Of a stretch of DNA of 64,000 bases, positions 62,050-64,000 are shown piece by piece; within the stretch, counting starts at the first letter, position 1, and every line of letters starts with the position of its first letter. The stretch lies in the NCBI GenBank assembly GCA_010909165.1, contig MU008158.1, positions 124,001-188,000 of the forward strand, written 5' to 3'. This DNA comes from Anthoceros angustus (Eukaryota > Plantae > Anthocerotophyta). The notes beneath the pieces were generated by a model. The model had not been told where the DNA came from. It saw only the letters and a program-made list of their open reading frames with translations, and searched no databases. The position numbers and the translations under genes were made by a program.

Positions 62050-64000
62050 CCGGCTGAGGATCTCCTTGACTTTTGAGTCTTGAGTTGGTGTGGGCGTTAG
62101 TTTGGTGGTTGGCGGTGGTCACGTGGGTTGCACCCTCTTGGCTGGGGCCCTTTGGCGGCCTTTTGGGGTTCGCCATACAGACTCAAACTCTGTATGTCCG
62201 GTCAGTGAGGTCATTTGCCCTCGGTCCCGGTACCTCTTGACCTGTTACCCTTCAAGCTGGCGTTTGCAGGCCCTTTTCGCCCCCATCCAATGGGGCGATC
62301 CACACCCTCCGTGTTGTCAGGACACTCCTTGTCGATCATGCTCAACTCTCTGCGGCGTCAAGGGGTGAAACTCACCTCGGGCACATGCATAAAGATTTCG
62401 ACCAGACTACAGGCTGCCCAAGTGCAGCTGCGACCTCCTCCACGTCCATTGCCCGGCTTTGCCATAGCTTTCTCCTTGTGGTGCCTCTTTCTTCACAGGA
62501 ATGGTTGCGGTCTTGGATCACATCCTTGGGATGTTGAAACCCGCTTTCCATGTCCGCGTATCTTCCGAGCTTCCTCGGCACCTTCACGATGATGCCGTCG
62601 GCATTTCGTCTTCCCTAGATCGCCTTGCACTCGATCCGGGATGAGTTAGCTTGGTGTCTCCTCCTTCTTCTCCCGATGGTGTCTTGATTGCACTAGGGGG
62701 GCTTGAGCAAGTGAAGTTGCTAGCCGTCTTGACGTTTTTGTGGCGGGCGGCTCTTGAGAGGAGGTGTGCGTCTTTGCCAAGTCCGGCGGAATCTGCTCGG
62801 CCGGTTGGAGCAGTGCGGGTAATGCAACAAACCTCGCGGCAAGTTGCTTGGCAGTGGTGAATATGCCGTATAGGGCTCTTCGACCCGCCCCTTGGCCTCC
62901 GCTCAAGAGACAATTGCTGCCCTCCGTGCCTCCATCCGCCACCTAAGGATGCCATTCCCGGACATATCCGACTATGTCCCGAGGATCCTTCTCCTGACCG
63001 GCGGCTTTTGCTCGCCTCTCCACAACCCTCGCCTTTCATCTCCGGCTTGTCGGAATGGTGTTCGAACACCTTAGGGACCTCTTTCTCCTCAAGATCCATC
63101 TAGCGGCTTTCGAGCTCTTTTCTCTGCTGCTGCGGTGGCTCGTGGAGATGCCTCACCGGATTTCAGTTCAGCCTAGTAGGCTTGTCGCTATGGACAAGCT
63201 CCTGCCTCGGCGCCCACTGCGGTTGGGAGGCCTTCATGCGGCTACTCACCGACTATCGCCCGCAGCCGCCTCCCTTCTCCACTGGACCGGCGGCTTTTGC
63301 TCGCTCTCTCCACAACCCTCGTCTTTCATCTGCGGTTTGTCGGGAATGGTGTTCGAACACCTTAGGGACCTCTTTCTCCCGAAGATCCATCTAGCGGCTT
63401 TCGAGCTCTTTTCTCAGGCTGCTGCGGTGGCTCGTGGAGAGATGCCTCACGATTTGGTTCTTGCGGCTAGTAGGCTTGTCGCTATGGACAAGCACACTTT
63501 TTCAGGCGTCGCCCACTCGCGGTTGGGAGGCCTTCATGCACTCGGCCCTATATCTGATGCGCTCCCTTCTCCAAGAAGACTTCAACCCCTTCAATTTGGC
63601 ATTGCCACTCACACTGCAGTGCAGTGGTGCTAGGGGTGAAAGCTTGCCTTGATACCCACCCGGATTGGGTAGTCTTACGGTGGATGTCGAGAACGCCTTC
63701 AATACCATTTCCGGGCGTCATCTTTGAGGAGCTTAGGGATCTTGGCGGCGTCTAGAGTCTTATACCCTTTGTCCGGTTTACCGGAGGTCCTCCAACCTCT
63801 ACTACCGGCACAACGTCTCTTGAGTTTCGTCTCGTCTTGGAATCGGCCACGGTGCAGGCAAGGCGACCCGCTAGGCGGTGCTCTTCGCTATTGCTCACTA
63901 TAGGGCCTGTCTGGGGCCGCCCTCTCCAGCCATGTGTCTTCCCTTGTTGGCGGGGCATTCTCACATCCTCGGGCACAGGGACAAAGTCAAGGAGGCCTTT
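62050..64000 (+). mobile_element. CRE-like non-LTR retrotransposon RT region, degenerate, runs off the right edge
   Basis: ASRLVAMDK..GV(R)PLAVGEAFMRL; VDVENAFN (63680-63703); QGDPLG (63859-63876); internal duplication 62990-63245 versus 63280-63545. Confidence 0.8.

Noticed and set aside
1-64000. rRNA, tRNA or snRNA genes
   Set aside because: No recognisable conserved RNA-gene motifs seen by eye; a covariance-model search was not possible.

Overview
Eukaryotic plant nuclear DNA (TTTAGGG telomere repeats, spliceosomal introns); a non-seed lineage such as a hornwort or other bryophyte is inferred, not shown. A three-gene island (DCP5/LSM14 homologue with 8 exons, an intronless F-box gene, a five-bladed beta-propeller glycoside-hydrolase-like gene) sits between two nests of transposons. 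Left nest: a minus-strand Ty1/copia element whose gag is split by a 14.2-kb Ty3/gypsy-type element (1931-16089, 4-bp TSD CGCT). That element encodes a DNMT3-like cytosine methyltransferase between protease and RT and a PHD finger after the integrase, and has A...B-A-B terminal repeats. Right nest: a copia element (34579-61887, 230-bp LTRs, TSD TGAGT) whose gag start is split by an 18.9-kb CACTA/CMC element with CCCTA termini. Its right TIR runs in register into (TTTAGGG)12, and it carries two divergent TnpA-like genes around a 1.4-kb palindrome. CRE-like (RLE-type) non-LTR fragments lie at 30.4-30.9 kb and 62-64 kb. The TE coding regions are heavily frameshifted and tandemly duplicated, which may partly be long-read assembly artefact. 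All domain calls are by-eye motif recognition; no database search was run.
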